Shown here piece by piece: positions 23,070 to 32,691 of a stretch of DNA of 64,000 nt. Below the pieces are notes generated by a model. That model saw only the letters and a program-made list of their open reading frames with translations. It had not been told where the DNA came from and did not search any database. A program made the translations under genes and the position numbers. The stretch's first letter is position 1. Every line of letters starts with the position of its first letter. This DNA is from Escherichia phage vB_EcoM_ESCO32, in sequence record OM386658.1. One strand, 5' to 3'.

Positions 23070-25844
23070 ATGGCTAAGAAAGAGTTGAGCTTCACTCCGA
23101 CAGAAGAGCAAACAGCTATTAAGGAGGCTTTTCCAGACCATCGCTTTTTAACTATCCAAGCTAAATCTGGGTCAGGCAAAACGTCAACACTTTATTTGCT
23201 GGCTAACAGTACAGAAGATCGCATTCTTTACTTAGCTTTCAATAAAAGCATGGCAGAAGAAGCACGACGTAAGATGCCACTAAATGTAGAATGCCGTACA
23301 TTGCATTCTATTTGCTATCAATTCCTGGATCATCGTTTACGTGCAAAACTGTCACGACCAGAAGGACAGTATGTTAACGTTGCAGGTACAGGTAGTGAGA
23401 TAGCAAAGAAATTTAAGATTAATAATCTTATTGATAAACGAGGGAAAACACTTTTAACTCGTGCTATGATCGGTTTAATGATCAAGCAAACCGTAGGTAA
23501 GTTTGAATTTTCGGATGATCCTTTTATCAGCCGTAAACATTTTCCTAGTGTACATCTTGCAGATATTAAAAGAAAAGGTATTAACGAACACAAACTAATT
23601 ACAGAAGTAGTTAAGTATGCAAAACAATTGTGGCGAGAGCGCATCGATCCTAACACAGACACTTTGATGACGCATGACACCTATGTAAAATTGTTTGAAT
23701 TATCTGGTGCTGATCTTGGTTATGATATTATTTTTGGTGATGAATTCCAGGATGTTAACCCTGCATTCTTATCTATTCTGCGAAATGCTAAATCTGCAAA
23801 ACAAATTGTGGTAGTGGGCGATGAATTCCAATGTGTGTCGGAAAACACGGTACTTAATACCGAGAATGGTCAGGTTACAATGAAAGACCTGCAAATCGGT
23901 GATAAGGTAGAGTCTTATTCTAATGGTAAAGTTACATTTAGAAAAGTAACAAATAAGACTTTATCTACACGTACAAAAGGTAGGAATATTATTACTGCCA
24001 CAGGTAAAACTTTAGATATGACACATAACCATCGTATTTGGGCTTCATCCTATGTTCTGAAAGATGATCAGATGGTGGTATACCTAATGTGGAGGAAAGA
24101 TTTAGGTTTCCGAGTAGGGATCACTAACAAATTCGATGATAAAGAAGGTTTTTCTAAACTGGGGCAACGTACACGTTCTGAAAAAGCACAGAAATTGTGG
24201 GTGTTGGATATTGTTGAAAACCGTGAAGCTGCTATGGAAAAAGAAATGGCATACAGTTTACAATATGGCATTCCTACTTGTGTATTTGAAGCAAGTTCAC
24301 GCGGCATTAATCAAGAAAGGATCAATAACATTTTTGAACAATTCGGACAAAACGGTTTTAAACTTTTAGAGGATAAAGATTATCATTTTGCTTATCCACA
24401 TTGGCACAGCATCAATTGTGCAGTAGATGAAAGAAAAATGTTAACAGTGACTTTGCGAGCACAAGGTTGTAAAGGAACACAAGTTAGTTTTGAGTGGACA
24501 GAAAGTGAAATGTCAATCTATGCTTCACTCATTGAAGCAGGTGTAAGCGTAAGTGTTGCTAAGTTGGAAGGTCGTTACCGTGTACGTAAATATTTCAATT
24601 CTTATCGTGAAGCATTGAGTTTTGCACAAAAGATCCTTGAAATAGTGCCGTTTGCATCTTTAAAAGAATGCATGTCCTCTGTGAACACCGCCAAATATAC
24701 TTTAATTCCGGCGGCGGGTTTGTTTAAAGGCATGTCTGTGTTGGTAAAAGATGGTGATACTGTAACGGCAGAAGAAATTGTGGACATTGTAGATAGTGAA
24801 GGTATCTATTATGATATTGAAGTAGAGGATACTGCTAACTTCTTTGGCAATGAAATTCTTAGCCACAACTGCATTTATCAATTTAGAGGTAGCTCTAATA
24901 TGATGATTGAAACAGCTAAGTATGGGGCAGAGCTTCCATTAACTGCTTGCTTCCGTTTTGGCCCCAAAGTGGCAAACATTGCCAATATGATTTTAAGCGA
25001 TAAAGAACCTTTGCGTCATCCTTTGGTTGGTAAAGGCTTTGATACTGTAGTAGGTAGCTACAAATCAGATGTTGTAGACTATACAAAACCTTACACTATC
25101 ATCTTTCGCAAGAATTTAACCTTGCTTATGGAGGCAATGGATCGTATTGCAGATGGGGAAGAAATTATTATTAACGTAGACACCAGGGATTTTATCTCTA
25201 TGGTAGATAGTGTTAATGCTCTTCGGAGAGGAGATATTGAGAAAGTAAAACATGAAACTGTATTACCTTACGCAGACTGGGATGAATTTGTTGAGTGTGC
25301 AGAGGCTGATCCAGATGCTAAACGCTTGTTAAACATTGTAGTTTCTGGTAAGGCAAACACTATAGCACATACACTTAGAACGCATAGAAATTCTCCTACA
25401 GCAAAAGTCACACTGACTACAGCACATAAGTCTAAAGGTTTGGAGTGGGATCAGGTTATTGTTGCTAATGATTTTCCTTCCAATTATGATAAAAAGACTG
25501 GTGAGTGGGTAGGACTAGAAGAGGCAGAGCGAAACCTACTGTATGTAGCGCATACCCGTTGTGTTAAATGCTTACAATGGAACACAACCGTACAGGAGAT
25601 TATAGATATCAACCGTGTTGCAACAGAGAAAGTACCAACAAGCACCACTTTACCGATCAATGGTATTAAACTTGGTGTATTTGGCGCTGGCACATCTCGA
25701 AAAGCTGTAGAAAAATTTGTTGCAGATTCTTTTGATGGTAACTATAATCATGCACAAGCATATGAGAGTTGGCTAGAGGAAGGTGAAGGTGATTTTTTAG
25801 GTGAAATAAATCTTTTACCAGACATAAATAAACTGGTAAACTAA
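23070..25844 (+). CDS. UvrD/PcrA-like SF1 DNA helicase interrupted by an intein
   Basis: ORF track frame 23031..25844; Walker A AKSGSGKTS; motif III split as VVVGDEFQ / [intein] / CIYQFRGSS; motif VI TTAHKSKGLEWD. Confidence 0.85.
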   Translation: MAKKELSFTPTEEQTAIKEAFPDHRFLTIQAKSGSGKTSTLYLLANSTEDRILYLAFNKSMAEEARRKMPLNVECRTLHSICYQFLDHRLRAKLSRPEGQYVNVAGTGSEIAKKFKINNLIDKRGKTLLTRAMIGLMIKQTVGKFEFSDDPFISRKHFPSVHLADIKRKGINEHKLITEVVKYAKQLWRERIDPNTDTLMTHDTYVKLFELSGADLGYDIIFGDEFQDVNPAFLSILRNAKSAKQIVVVGDEFQCVSENTVLNTENGQVTMKDLQIGDKVESYSNGKVTFRKVTNKTLSTRTKGRNIITATGKTLDMTHNHRIWASSYVLKDDQMVVYLMWRKDLGFRVGITNKFDDKEGFSKLGQRTRSEKAQKLWVLDIVENREAAMEKEMAYSLQYGIPTCVFEASSRGINQERINNIFEQFGQNGFKLLEDKDYHFAYPHWHSINCAVDERKMLTVTLRAQGCKGTQVSFEWTESEMSIYASLIEAGVSVSVAKLEGRYRVRKYFNSYREALSFAQKILEIVPFASLKECMSSVNTAKYTLIPAAGLFKGMSVLVKDGDTVTAEEIVDIVDSEGIYYDIEVEDTANFFGNEILSHNCIYQFRGSSNMMIETAKYGAELPLTACFRFGPKVANIANMILSDKEPLRHPLVGKGFDTVVGSYKSDVVDYTKPYTIIFRKNLTLLMEAMDRIADGEEIIINVDTRDFISMVDSVNALRRGDIEKVKHETVLPYADWDEFVECAEADPDAKRLLNIVVSGKANTIAHTLRTHRNSPTAKVTLTTAHKSKGLEWDQVIVANDFPSNYDKKTGEWVGLEEAERNLLYVAHTRCVKCLQWNTTVQEIIDINRVATEKVPTSTTLPINGIKLGVFGAGTSRKAVEKFVADSFDGNYNHAQAYESWLEEGEGDFLGEINLLPDINKLVN
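23832..24869 (+). mobile_element. intein (346 aa) inside the helicase
   Basis: begins CVSENTVLNTENG (block A), contains TxxH block B (MTHNHRIW) and ends VEDTANFFGNEILSHN followed by +1 Cys; in frame with host protein. Confidence 0.8.
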
Positions 25845-25854
25845 GGGGGTTAAA

Positions 25855-26106
25855 GTGGCAGGGTATCATTTGAAGGAGATTAGCAAAGAGGAATATGGTT
25901 CTGTTGCTAAGATTCAAGAAGAGCTTTATGAACTTCAAGATGCTATTGATCAAGATTGCAAGCTGATGCAACTTATTGAGTTATCAGATATTGTAGGCGC
26001 TGTTGAAGGTGTTCTTGAACAGCATTTTCCTGGTATGACGCTTCAAGATTTGATCACTATGTCAAACATTACTAAACGTGCATTCCGCAATGGAGGTCGA
26101 TCATGA
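25855..26106 (+). CDS. hypothetical protein (83 aa)
   Basis: ORF track; GTG start with AAGGGGG RBS. Confidence 0.45.
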   Translation: MAGYHLKEISKEEYGSVAKIQEELYELQDAIDQDCKLMQLIELSDIVGAVEGVLEQHFPGMTLQDLITMSNITKRAFRNGGRS

Positions 26107-26675
26107 ATGTTGCAGTAATAGCTCAAGCTATTGATTACTATGGTCGATTTGCACAAATGTTAGAAGTTCCATATCTCGTGGATGCTGATATACTGGCGTA
26201 TACACTACCAGAAAATAAAGAGGATCGCCCATTAGGGCATCCTAACGGTAAATACTATGTAGCTAGTGCAGAACAATCTTTCCTGCAAATGGAGAAGGAT
26301 GGTTTTGAATTTGCAGTAGGTAATCCGTATATGGCACTAACACCATGTTACCGCACAGAAGAAAATTTAGATGATACCCATTTTAATATTTTCTTGAAAT
26401 TGGAGTTGATTGAGTTCTACCCTGATGCTACAATTGAAGAGTATGCTAACTCTATACGCTGTTTCTTCTCTACTTATTATGGAGTTAAAACATATTTAGT
26501 ACCCACTAATATTGGGGTTGACGTAGAGGATGAATATGGTTTAGAATTAGGTTCATTCGGTATGAGGGAGTCTCCAAGAGGTCATCCTTATATCTATGCA
26601 ACAGGTATTGCGGAGCCTAGGGCTTCACTGGCAATAAACCGTGTTGTAAATAACATTCAAAGCATTAGCAAATAA
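26103..26675 (+). CDS. hypothetical protein with class-II aminoacyl-tRNA-synthetase-like motif 2 (tentative)
   Basis: ORF track 190 aa; CYRTEENLDDTHFNIFLKLELIEF resembles the FRxE...EFxxxE motif 2 of class II synthetase cores; weak, unverified. Confidence 0.55.
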   Translation: MNVAVIAQAIDYYGRFAQMLEVPYLVDADILAYTLPENKEDRPLGHPNGKYYVASAEQSFLQMEKDGFEFAVGNPYMALTPCYRTEENLDDTHFNIFLKLELIEFYPDATIEEYANSIRCFFSTYYGVKTYLVPTNIGVDVEDEYGLELGSFGMRESPRGHPYIYATGIAEPRASLAINRVVNNIQSISK

Positions 26676-26687
26676 AAGGAGAATAGA

Positions 26688-27122
26688 ATGTCTATTGTGA
26701 CACAAATGAAAGCAGATCGTATCTTAGCACGTACAACCGATAAGGGTGCTTTTGCTTTGTTAACTAATATTATTGGTGAGTTTGACCTTGCTCGTACTCA
26801 AAAGGCAAATCTAAACAAATCAGAAGACGATATTATGATTAACATTGTTAAGATTGGTATTGCACACGCTAAAGAGGAACTAGACTCACTTAAGAAAGTT
26901 AATGCCTCCATTAGCAAATGTGAGCGAGCTATGCGTGATATCACCACTCTGGAAAAATATTTGCCAGAAATGCTATCTGAAGATGATCTTCGAGCTATTG
27001 CTGAAGAATTTGCCTTGACAGGCAAGAAAATGCCAGATATGATGAAACACCTTAAAGCAGAGTATCCGAATCAATATGATGGAAAACTTGCTTCTACCAT
27101 TGCAAAAGAAATTTTAAACTAA
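26688..27122 (+). CDS. GatB/YqeY-domain protein
   Basis: ORF track 144 aa; length and C-terminal LEKYLPEMLSEDDLRAIAEEF ... GKKMPDMMKHLKAEYPNQYDGKLASTIAKEIL match the YqeY pattern. Confidence 0.6.
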   Translation: MSIVTQMKADRILARTTDKGAFALLTNIIGEFDLARTQKANLNKSEDDIMINIVKIGIAHAKEELDSLKKVNASISKCERAMRDITTLEKYLPEMLSEDDLRAIAEEFALTGKKMPDMMKHLKAEYPNQYDGKLASTIAKEILN

Positions 27123-27139
27123 TTTAGAAGGAGAACATA

Positions 27140-28090
27140 ATGATTGCATTTTACGCTAATAAACTGGAAGTTAAAAAAGCAGCAGAAGAGATGGGTATCC
27201 TGCATATTCTTAACGAAGCAATTCACAAGAGTTTTGGTTACACAACTGAAGCAGAAATCAATGATCTGATTCACAGTGTTAATGATTTGTTCTTCTACCC
27301 TAACTTTCTACAGCAGTTAGATGGTTGTGGATTTGAATATATGGAGCTTCATCCTGAATATACATTTATGGAAGTAACACCTGAAGGTTTTCTGGAGATT
27401 ATTCGTACTGAATATCTTGCTAAAGAGGATAAAGAAAAAGATATGGCTGAAAAAGTACAACTGACTGTGCATAATACGTGTTTCCTGGATACTGAGGCCA
27501 CGGAAGAAAATATTAATTATCTGCTTTCCGTTTGTAATCCTCGTTGTCCACAACCACATTGGAAAAATGCAGATCATTATCTAATGTATTCAACTGAAGA
27601 AAACATTACTTTCTTCGATGAAAACAGTGGTATTAATGGTGCACATAAGAATTCTCCATATAGGAAAGATCGGTTTGTAGTTGATGTAAAAACATTTACT
27701 AAACTGTTTGATGAGTATTATTCAAAAAATGAAAGTAAGACTGAATCTTCACCAAAACCACGTTTTCGCCGACCGCGTAAACCTGTGCCTACTCGTTCTG
27801 TAAGTTATGTTCGTATCATTTACACTACACAGCAGGTATATACTCTTAAGAACGTAAGTGCTCTTACTGTACAAGAAGATGCAATTAATATTGTGCGCAA
27901 TAATGTTATTACAGAGGGTATTGAGGAAAAGATTATGTCTGTTATCGATCCTAAACTTGTTATGGCAATCATTATTAATGAACCAAAAGGTGTAACAACA
28001 TTGTTCCGAAATATTCACGGTACTTGGGAAACTCAAGTTGACGGTTTGACTTCTGACGGTTGTACACGTATTACCAAAAACCTTGACTAA
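27140..28090 (+). CDS. hypothetical protein (316 aa)
   Basis: ORF track; AGAAGGAGAA RBS; terminator downstream. Confidence 0.65.
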   Translation: MIAFYANKLEVKKAAEEMGILHILNEAIHKSFGYTTEAEINDLIHSVNDLFFYPNFLQQLDGCGFEYMELHPEYTFMEVTPEGFLEIIRTEYLAKEDKEKDMAEKVQLTVHNTCFLDTEATEENINYLLSVCNPRCPQPHWKNADHYLMYSTEENITFFDENSGINGAHKNSPYRKDRFVVDVKTFTKLFDEYYSKNESKTESSPKPRFRRPRKPVPTRSVSYVRIIYTTQQVYTLKNVSALTVQEDAINIVRNNVITEGIEEKIMSVIDPKLVMAIIINEPKGVTTLFRNIHGTWETQVDGLTSDGCTRITKNLD

Positions 28091-28137
28091 GATCAAGGAC
28101 AATCTTACGAAAAAGATTTAAAATAAAGATCCACCCT

Positions 28138-28166
28138 AAAGCCAGCTTAATGCTGGCTTTTATTTT
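28138..28166 (+). terminator. rho-independent terminator
   Basis: AAAGCCAGCttaaTGCTGGCTTT followed by TATTTT. Confidence 0.6.
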
Positions 28167-28179
28167 CCACGGAGGATTA

Positions 28180-29979
28180 ATGACCCAAAAACTATATGAG
28201 GATGTAATCGGATTCCTCGAACAAACATCCGAAGAATTTACTCGTGAAAATGCAAACAAACCTGCAATGATTGTTAATACTCACCGAGACTTACTAGCAG
28301 GTATCCTAAGCAAGCACATGGCAATGACCCATATTTTACCGGAAGATCTGGCAGAATGGCATAAGAGTGGGTATGGTCACATTCACGATTTAGATTATTT
28401 ACTCTCACCTCTAACTAATTGTTGCCTGGTAAATTACCAAGATATGCTTGAGAACGGTTTCCGTATTGGTAATGCGCATATTGAAAAACCAAAATCTATT
28501 GGCGTAGCAACTACTGTCCTAACTCAAATTATTCAAGCAGTAGCTTCTAGCCAATATGGTGGACAAACTTGTGCACATGTTGATACTGGGCTTAGTCAAT
28601 ACGTTAAAGCAAGTTTTAATAAAATATATGCCGATGTTGGCGATTATGATATTGCTATGCGTATGGTAGATAAACAGGTCTATGATGCAATGCAAACTTT
28701 AATCTACCAGGTGAACACTCTAATGAGTGTAAATGGTCAGTCACCTTTTATAACAATTAGTTTAGGTTTGGATACCTCTGCTTTTGGTAGAATGATCACT
28801 AAAAACTACCTAATGGTGCACAAACAAGGATTGGGAAAAGATAGGGTAACTCCTGTGTTTCCTAAAGTTATCTTCTTCTTGGAAGATGGTGTTAACATGA
28901 AAGCTGGCGATCCAAATTATGATTTGAAGCAACTGGCAATGGAGTGTTGTGCTGAACGCATTTATCCTGATTTTATCTCTGTACCTTTAAACAAAGAAGT
29001 TACAGGATCTTCAGATGGTCGCGTTACAAGCATGGGTTGCCGTAGCTTCTTGTCATACTATGCAACAGAGCAAGGTGAAAAATATGATGGTCGTTTCAAC
29101 TTAGGCGTAGTTTCTTTAAACTTACCTATCATTGCAGCAGAGTCCCGTGAAAAGGGCATCTTATTTACTGAACTGTTGGAACAACATATGGAGATGGCGT
29201 ATAAGGCACATATGCTACGTGTTAACCGTATTAGACATACCAAAGCATCTCAAAACCCTACATTGTTTATGGAAGGGGCTTTAGCTCGACTAGAAGCTAA
29301 TGAAGAGATTGGTAAACTATTCGAAGGTGGTTATGCCTCTATTAGTATCGGTTATGTAGGTTTAGCAGAAGCTATGGAGATTTTATACCCAGGTAACACC
29401 AATCCAAAAGCAATGGGTAAAAACATCCTTCAATATATGAAGGATATCTGTGGCACATTTAAAGAACGTTCTGGTTTAGCTTTTAGTTTGTATGGAACAC
29501 CAGCAGAATCCTTGTGCTATAAATTTGCCAAAGCATTAAATGATCGCTATCCTGGTTCTATTGATCGTGACTACTTGACAAACTCTTTCCATCAACCTGT
29601 GTGGATGCACACTACCCCGTTCCAAAAGTGGGATTATGAGGAAGGTTTTGCACAAATCAGTAATGGTGGGAACATAGGTTATGTAGAAACACCAAACCTT
29701 AAAAATAACTTGCAAGCACTGGAAACTCTTGTAGATTATGCCTACAACAAAATTCCTTATTTTGGCGTGAACCAACCTGTAGATCAGTGTTTCAAATGTG
29801 GTTTTCATGGTGAATTTAAGGCAACAGCTAAAGGCTTCGAGTGTCCAAGTTGTGGCAATCATGAGGAAGAATCTATATCTGTAATCAGAAGAGTGTCAGG
29901 ATATCTTTCTGCCCCTAACTCTCGCCCTTATAATAAAGGTAAAATGCAAGAGGTATTAGAAAGGGAGAAACATTTTTGA
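28180..29979 (+). CDS. nrdD: anaerobic ribonucleoside-triphosphate reductase (class III RNR)
   Basis: ORF track frame 28150..29979; start at ATG with GGAGGA RBS; C-terminal zinc ribbon CFKCGF...CPSCGN and glycyl-radical motif RVSGYL. Confidence 0.9.
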   Translation: MTQKLYEDVIGFLEQTSEEFTRENANKPAMIVNTHRDLLAGILSKHMAMTHILPEDLAEWHKSGYGHIHDLDYLLSPLTNCCLVNYQDMLENGFRIGNAHIEKPKSIGVATTVLTQIIQAVASSQYGGQTCAHVDTGLSQYVKASFNKIYADVGDYDIAMRMVDKQVYDAMQTLIYQVNTLMSVNGQSPFITISLGLDTSAFGRMITKNYLMVHKQGLGKDRVTPVFPKVIFFLEDGVNMKAGDPNYDLKQLAMECCAERIYPDFISVPLNKEVTGSSDGRVTSMGCRSFLSYYATEQGEKYDGRFNLGVVSLNLPIIAAESREKGILFTELLEQHMEMAYKAHMLRVNRIRHTKASQNPTLFMEGALARLEANEEIGKLFEGGYASISIGYVGLAEAMEILYPGNTNPKAMGKNILQYMKDICGTFKERSGLAFSLYGTPAESLCYKFAKALNDRYPGSIDRDYLTNSFHQPVWMHTTPFQKWDYEEGFAQISNGGNIGYVETPNLKNNLQALETLVDYAYNKIPYFGVNQPVDQCFKCGFHGEFKATAKGFECPSCGNHEEESISVIRRVSGYLSAPNSRPYNKGKMQEVLEREKHF

Positions 29980-30446
29980 ATTACGCCGGATATGAACCTG
30001 TTGACATGCTCAACGGTGACGGTGTAAGATGCTCTTTGTGGGTGAGCGGTTGTAGCCACGGTTGCCGTGGCTGCTTTAACCAGAAAGCCTGGTCGTATAA
30101 CTACGGACAAGAGTTCACTACTGAAACATTAGATCTTATCTTGAAAGATTTATCTCGACCTTTCATTAAAGGATTAACAGTTTTAGGTGGTGAACCTCTT
30201 GACAAAGAGAACATTGACACTGTAGCGTATGTTCTTGAGAAGGTAAGAGATTGTTTTGGAAACAAAAAAGATATTGTCTTATACACAGGATATCTTTTTG
30301 AAGAAATTCCAGAGAAAATTAAAAAACTGGTTGACATAGTGATAGATGGTAAGTATGATATGAATCAACCAACAACGAAACGTTATAGAGGCTCAGATAA
30401 TCAACGAATGTGGGTTAAGAAAGACAACATTTGGGAATCTGACTAA
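29976..30446 (+). CDS. nrdG: anaerobic RNR activating enzyme (radical SAM)
   Basis: ORF track 156 aa; TTG start overlapping nrdD stop; N-terminus NYAGYEPVDMLNGDGVRCSLWVSGCSHGCRGCFN parallels E. coli NrdG as recalled. Confidence 0.85.
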   Translation: MNYAGYEPVDMLNGDGVRCSLWVSGCSHGCRGCFNQKAWSYNYGQEFTTETLDLILKDLSRPFIKGLTVLGGEPLDKENIDTVAYVLEKVRDCFGNKKDIVLYTGYLFEEIPEKIKKLVDIVIDGKYDMNQPTTKRYRGSDNQRMWVKKDNIWESD

Positions 30447-30466
30447 ATTAAATAGAGGAGAAAACT

Positions 30467-31627
30467 ATGTTTACAGTATTCGGCAATCAAATCTTCCTGC
30501 GTCAGAAATCTGGTACAGATATTGAAGAAATTCCAGCAGGAACTTTTGGTGTAGGTGTTACTCAAAGTGGTGAGTTCTTCCTGTATCCTAAAAACGATAT
30601 GGAAGTGCCTTCAGTAACATACGGTGATACTGATGATAAATCAGAACGTATTATCAAAACGTTCCTTAGCCGCAAAGGTAAAAACACAGGTGTTCTCCTT
30701 GAGGGTACGAAAGGTAGCGGTAAAACTTTGCAAGCTAAAATGCTGTCTTCTGCTCTTCGTGAAATGGGTATTCCTACTATTTCTATCGGCAGTGCTTTTA
30801 ATGGCGAAGGTTTTATCAATTTTATGTCTAAAATCACACAACCTGTGATGATTATGATCGATGAATTTGATAAACTGTATGCTGAAAAAGATGCACAAGA
30901 TGGTTTGCTTACCCTGTTGGATGGTGTTGGTGGCTACGACAAACTGTTTGTATTGACTAAAAATGATGGTTATGTATCAGAATTTTTGCGTAATCGTCCT
31001 AGCCGTATTTTCTACAGTTTTAGCTATAAGAAACTACCTAAAGCTACTATGGATGATTATCTGGCTAAAAATCTGGAGAACAAAGCCTTCTTACCAGATT
31101 TTGAAACGCTTTATAATCTCTCCGTGGATTTGAACTTTGATATTGTTCAGTCATTAGTAGAAGAACTTAACCGTTACCCTAATGACAAATTCTCTGATGC
31201 ACTTGCATTGATGGGTATCAGTATTACTGAACACCGCTATGCTGCAAAAGAGGTTAAACTTCTGAAAGTTAACGGTGTAGATCGTACAGGAGATGTTTCG
31301 TCAGATACCGATATTGACGGTATGACAGCACAAGGTTTGTTTAGCGGTAATCGTTATGTTGTAGCTGTAGACCATAAACTAGGTGAAGAGCATCTTCCTG
31401 AAATGGAAGGGATTGTTACCGTAGAAGATAAAGATGAAGAAGGTGACTACTACTGGGGTGTAGACCGTATCTTGCTAACGTATGATGAAAAACACATTCG
31501 TACAATGGGTGGTGACGGTTATCACTTTATGTTCACCGATGATAAAGGTAACAACATTGAAGTTGTTATTAAAAACAAAGAACGTAAAAACTACACAGAG
31601 TATGTGTTTGGTGGTCGTTCTTACTAA
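30467..31627 (+). CDS. P-loop NTPase (AAA-like), paralog of CDS 14578..15705
   Basis: ORF track 386 aa; Walker A GTKGSGKT, Walker B IMIDEFD; shared blocks LLTLLDG, LTKN.G..SEF, NRPSR.FY. Confidence 0.8.
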   Translation: MFTVFGNQIFLRQKSGTDIEEIPAGTFGVGVTQSGEFFLYPKNDMEVPSVTYGDTDDKSERIIKTFLSRKGKNTGVLLEGTKGSGKTLQAKMLSSALREMGIPTISIGSAFNGEGFINFMSKITQPVMIMIDEFDKLYAEKDAQDGLLTLLDGVGGYDKLFVLTKNDGYVSEFLRNRPSRIFYSFSYKKLPKATMDDYLAKNLENKAFLPDFETLYNLSVDLNFDIVQSLVEELNRYPNDKFSDALALMGISITEHRYAAKEVKLLKVNGVDRTGDVSSDTDIDGMTAQGLFSGNRYVVAVDHKLGEEHLPEMEGIVTVEDKDEEGDYYWGVDRILLTYDEKHIRTMGGDGYHFMFTDDKGNNIEVVIKNKERKNYTEYVFGGRSY

Positions 31628-31633
31628 GTGATA

Positions 31634-31660
31634 AAAGGAGGCGAAAGCCTCCTTTATTTA
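31634..31660 (+). terminator. rho-independent terminator
   Basis: AAAGGAGGCgaaaGCCTCCTTT followed by ATTTAT. Confidence 0.6.
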
Positions 31661-31673
31661 TATGGAGGGTATT

Positions 31674-31865
31674 ATGGATCATTATTTTGTTTTTAAAGAT
31701 AAAGTTGATACCGCAGGTGGTCACGTTGCTAAAAATGATCGTGACATTAAAGAAGTATTAGGAGATCTGATTAACATTTTAGAACAAAAAGAGTTGCTTT
31801 TAGATAAGGATATTGCTAGACTTCTGGGTGTGGGGATAAGTGACATACAAAGATTACCATTCTAA
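31674..31865 (+). CDS. hypothetical protein (63 aa)
   Basis: ORF track frame 31662..31865; start placed at ATG (MDHYFVFKDK) with GGAGGG RBS. Confidence 0.45.
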   Translation: MDHYFVFKDKVDTAGGHVAKNDRDIKEVLGDLINILEQKELLLDKDIARLLGVGISDIQRLPF

Positions 31866-31876
31866 AGGGGAAGAAA

Positions 31877-32032
31877 ATGCTTACAGATGATGAATATAAA
31901 GCTATCCAGGAAAAACTAACGGAGCTTGAAATTCTTGCTGTCAATATTAAAGATCAATCACATGCTGGAAAGTTACTACAGCAAGAGATCAATAAAATTA
32001 AGCAGATGATATTCTTTTGGACGGAGGATTAA
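31877..32032 (+). CDS. small hypothetical protein (51 aa)
   Basis: gap ORF MLTDDEYKAIQEKLTELEILAVNIKDQSHAGKLLQQEINKIKQMIFFWTED with AAGGGGAAGAAA RBS. Confidence 0.45.
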   Translation: MLTDDEYKAIQEKLTELEILAVNIKDQSHAGKLLQQEINKIKQMIFFWTED

Positions 32033-32034
32033 AA

Positions 32035-32691
32035 ATGACTGTTAAGCATATTTCTTTTGATGTATGGAATACTCTTATTACTGCTAATCCTTTGTATGCA
32101 GAAGAACGCAACAAGGTTATTGCCGAGTATGCCTCTTGTTCTGAGGTAGAAGCAACTACCGTATATAAAGAGGTAAAAACTCTCCTGGATTTAAAAGCAG
32201 AAAAAGGTATTTGTGGAACATCTAGGCATGCTTGGGAAACACTTTCTGCTCATTTGAACATTGATCTTGATAAGGTGGATGGGTTAAAAAGAGACTGTTT
32301 AGCAATGTTTATAAAACATCCTCCAACATTAAACCCTGAACTTTGCAAGAAGTTGGAAGAGCTAAGTTCAACCTATTCTTTGAGTATTAAAAGCAATACT
32401 AATTTTGTACCTGGTAGTTTTTTAGCTGTATATTCTGGCTTGACAAAATTACCATTCGACTTTATGCATTTTTCTGACGAGTTTTGCTTGTGTAAACCAG
32501 ATCCTAGGTTTTTTAAACTCTCTTTTGATGAAATGGTAACGTTTGATCTCGCACCAGAGGAGATCTTACACGTTGGAGATAGTTTGATCTATGATGGAAA
32601 AGCTGTTGACATAGGGATGAAGTTCTGTCATATTATTAATCCAGAAGACTTGTTGGCTAAACTTAAAAAAGAGGAACTTATTAATGCGTAA
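32035..32691 (+). CDS. HAD-like hydrolase (tentative)
   Basis: ORF track frame 32017..32691; start at ATG with GGAGGA RBS; ISFDVWNTLI (motif I-like, second Asp not conserved) and HVGDSLIYDGKA (motif IV-like). Confidence 0.55.
   Translation: MTVKHISFDVWNTLITANPLYAEERNKVIAEYASCSEVEATTVYKEVKTLLDLKAEKGICGTSRHAWETLSAHLNIDLDKVDGLKRDCLAMFIKHPPTLNPELCKKLEELSSTYSLSIKSNTNFVPGSFLAVYSGLTKLPFDFMHFSDEFCLCKPDPRFFKLSFDEMVTFDLAPEEILHVGDSLIYDGKAVDIGMKFCHIINPEDLLAKLKKEELINA

Noticed and set aside
23330-25971. Minus-strand ORFs inside the helicase (23330..23680, 24068..24307, 24602..24787, 25484..25693, 25666..25971)
   Set aside because: Antisense to a 2.8-kb gene with clear helicase and intein motifs
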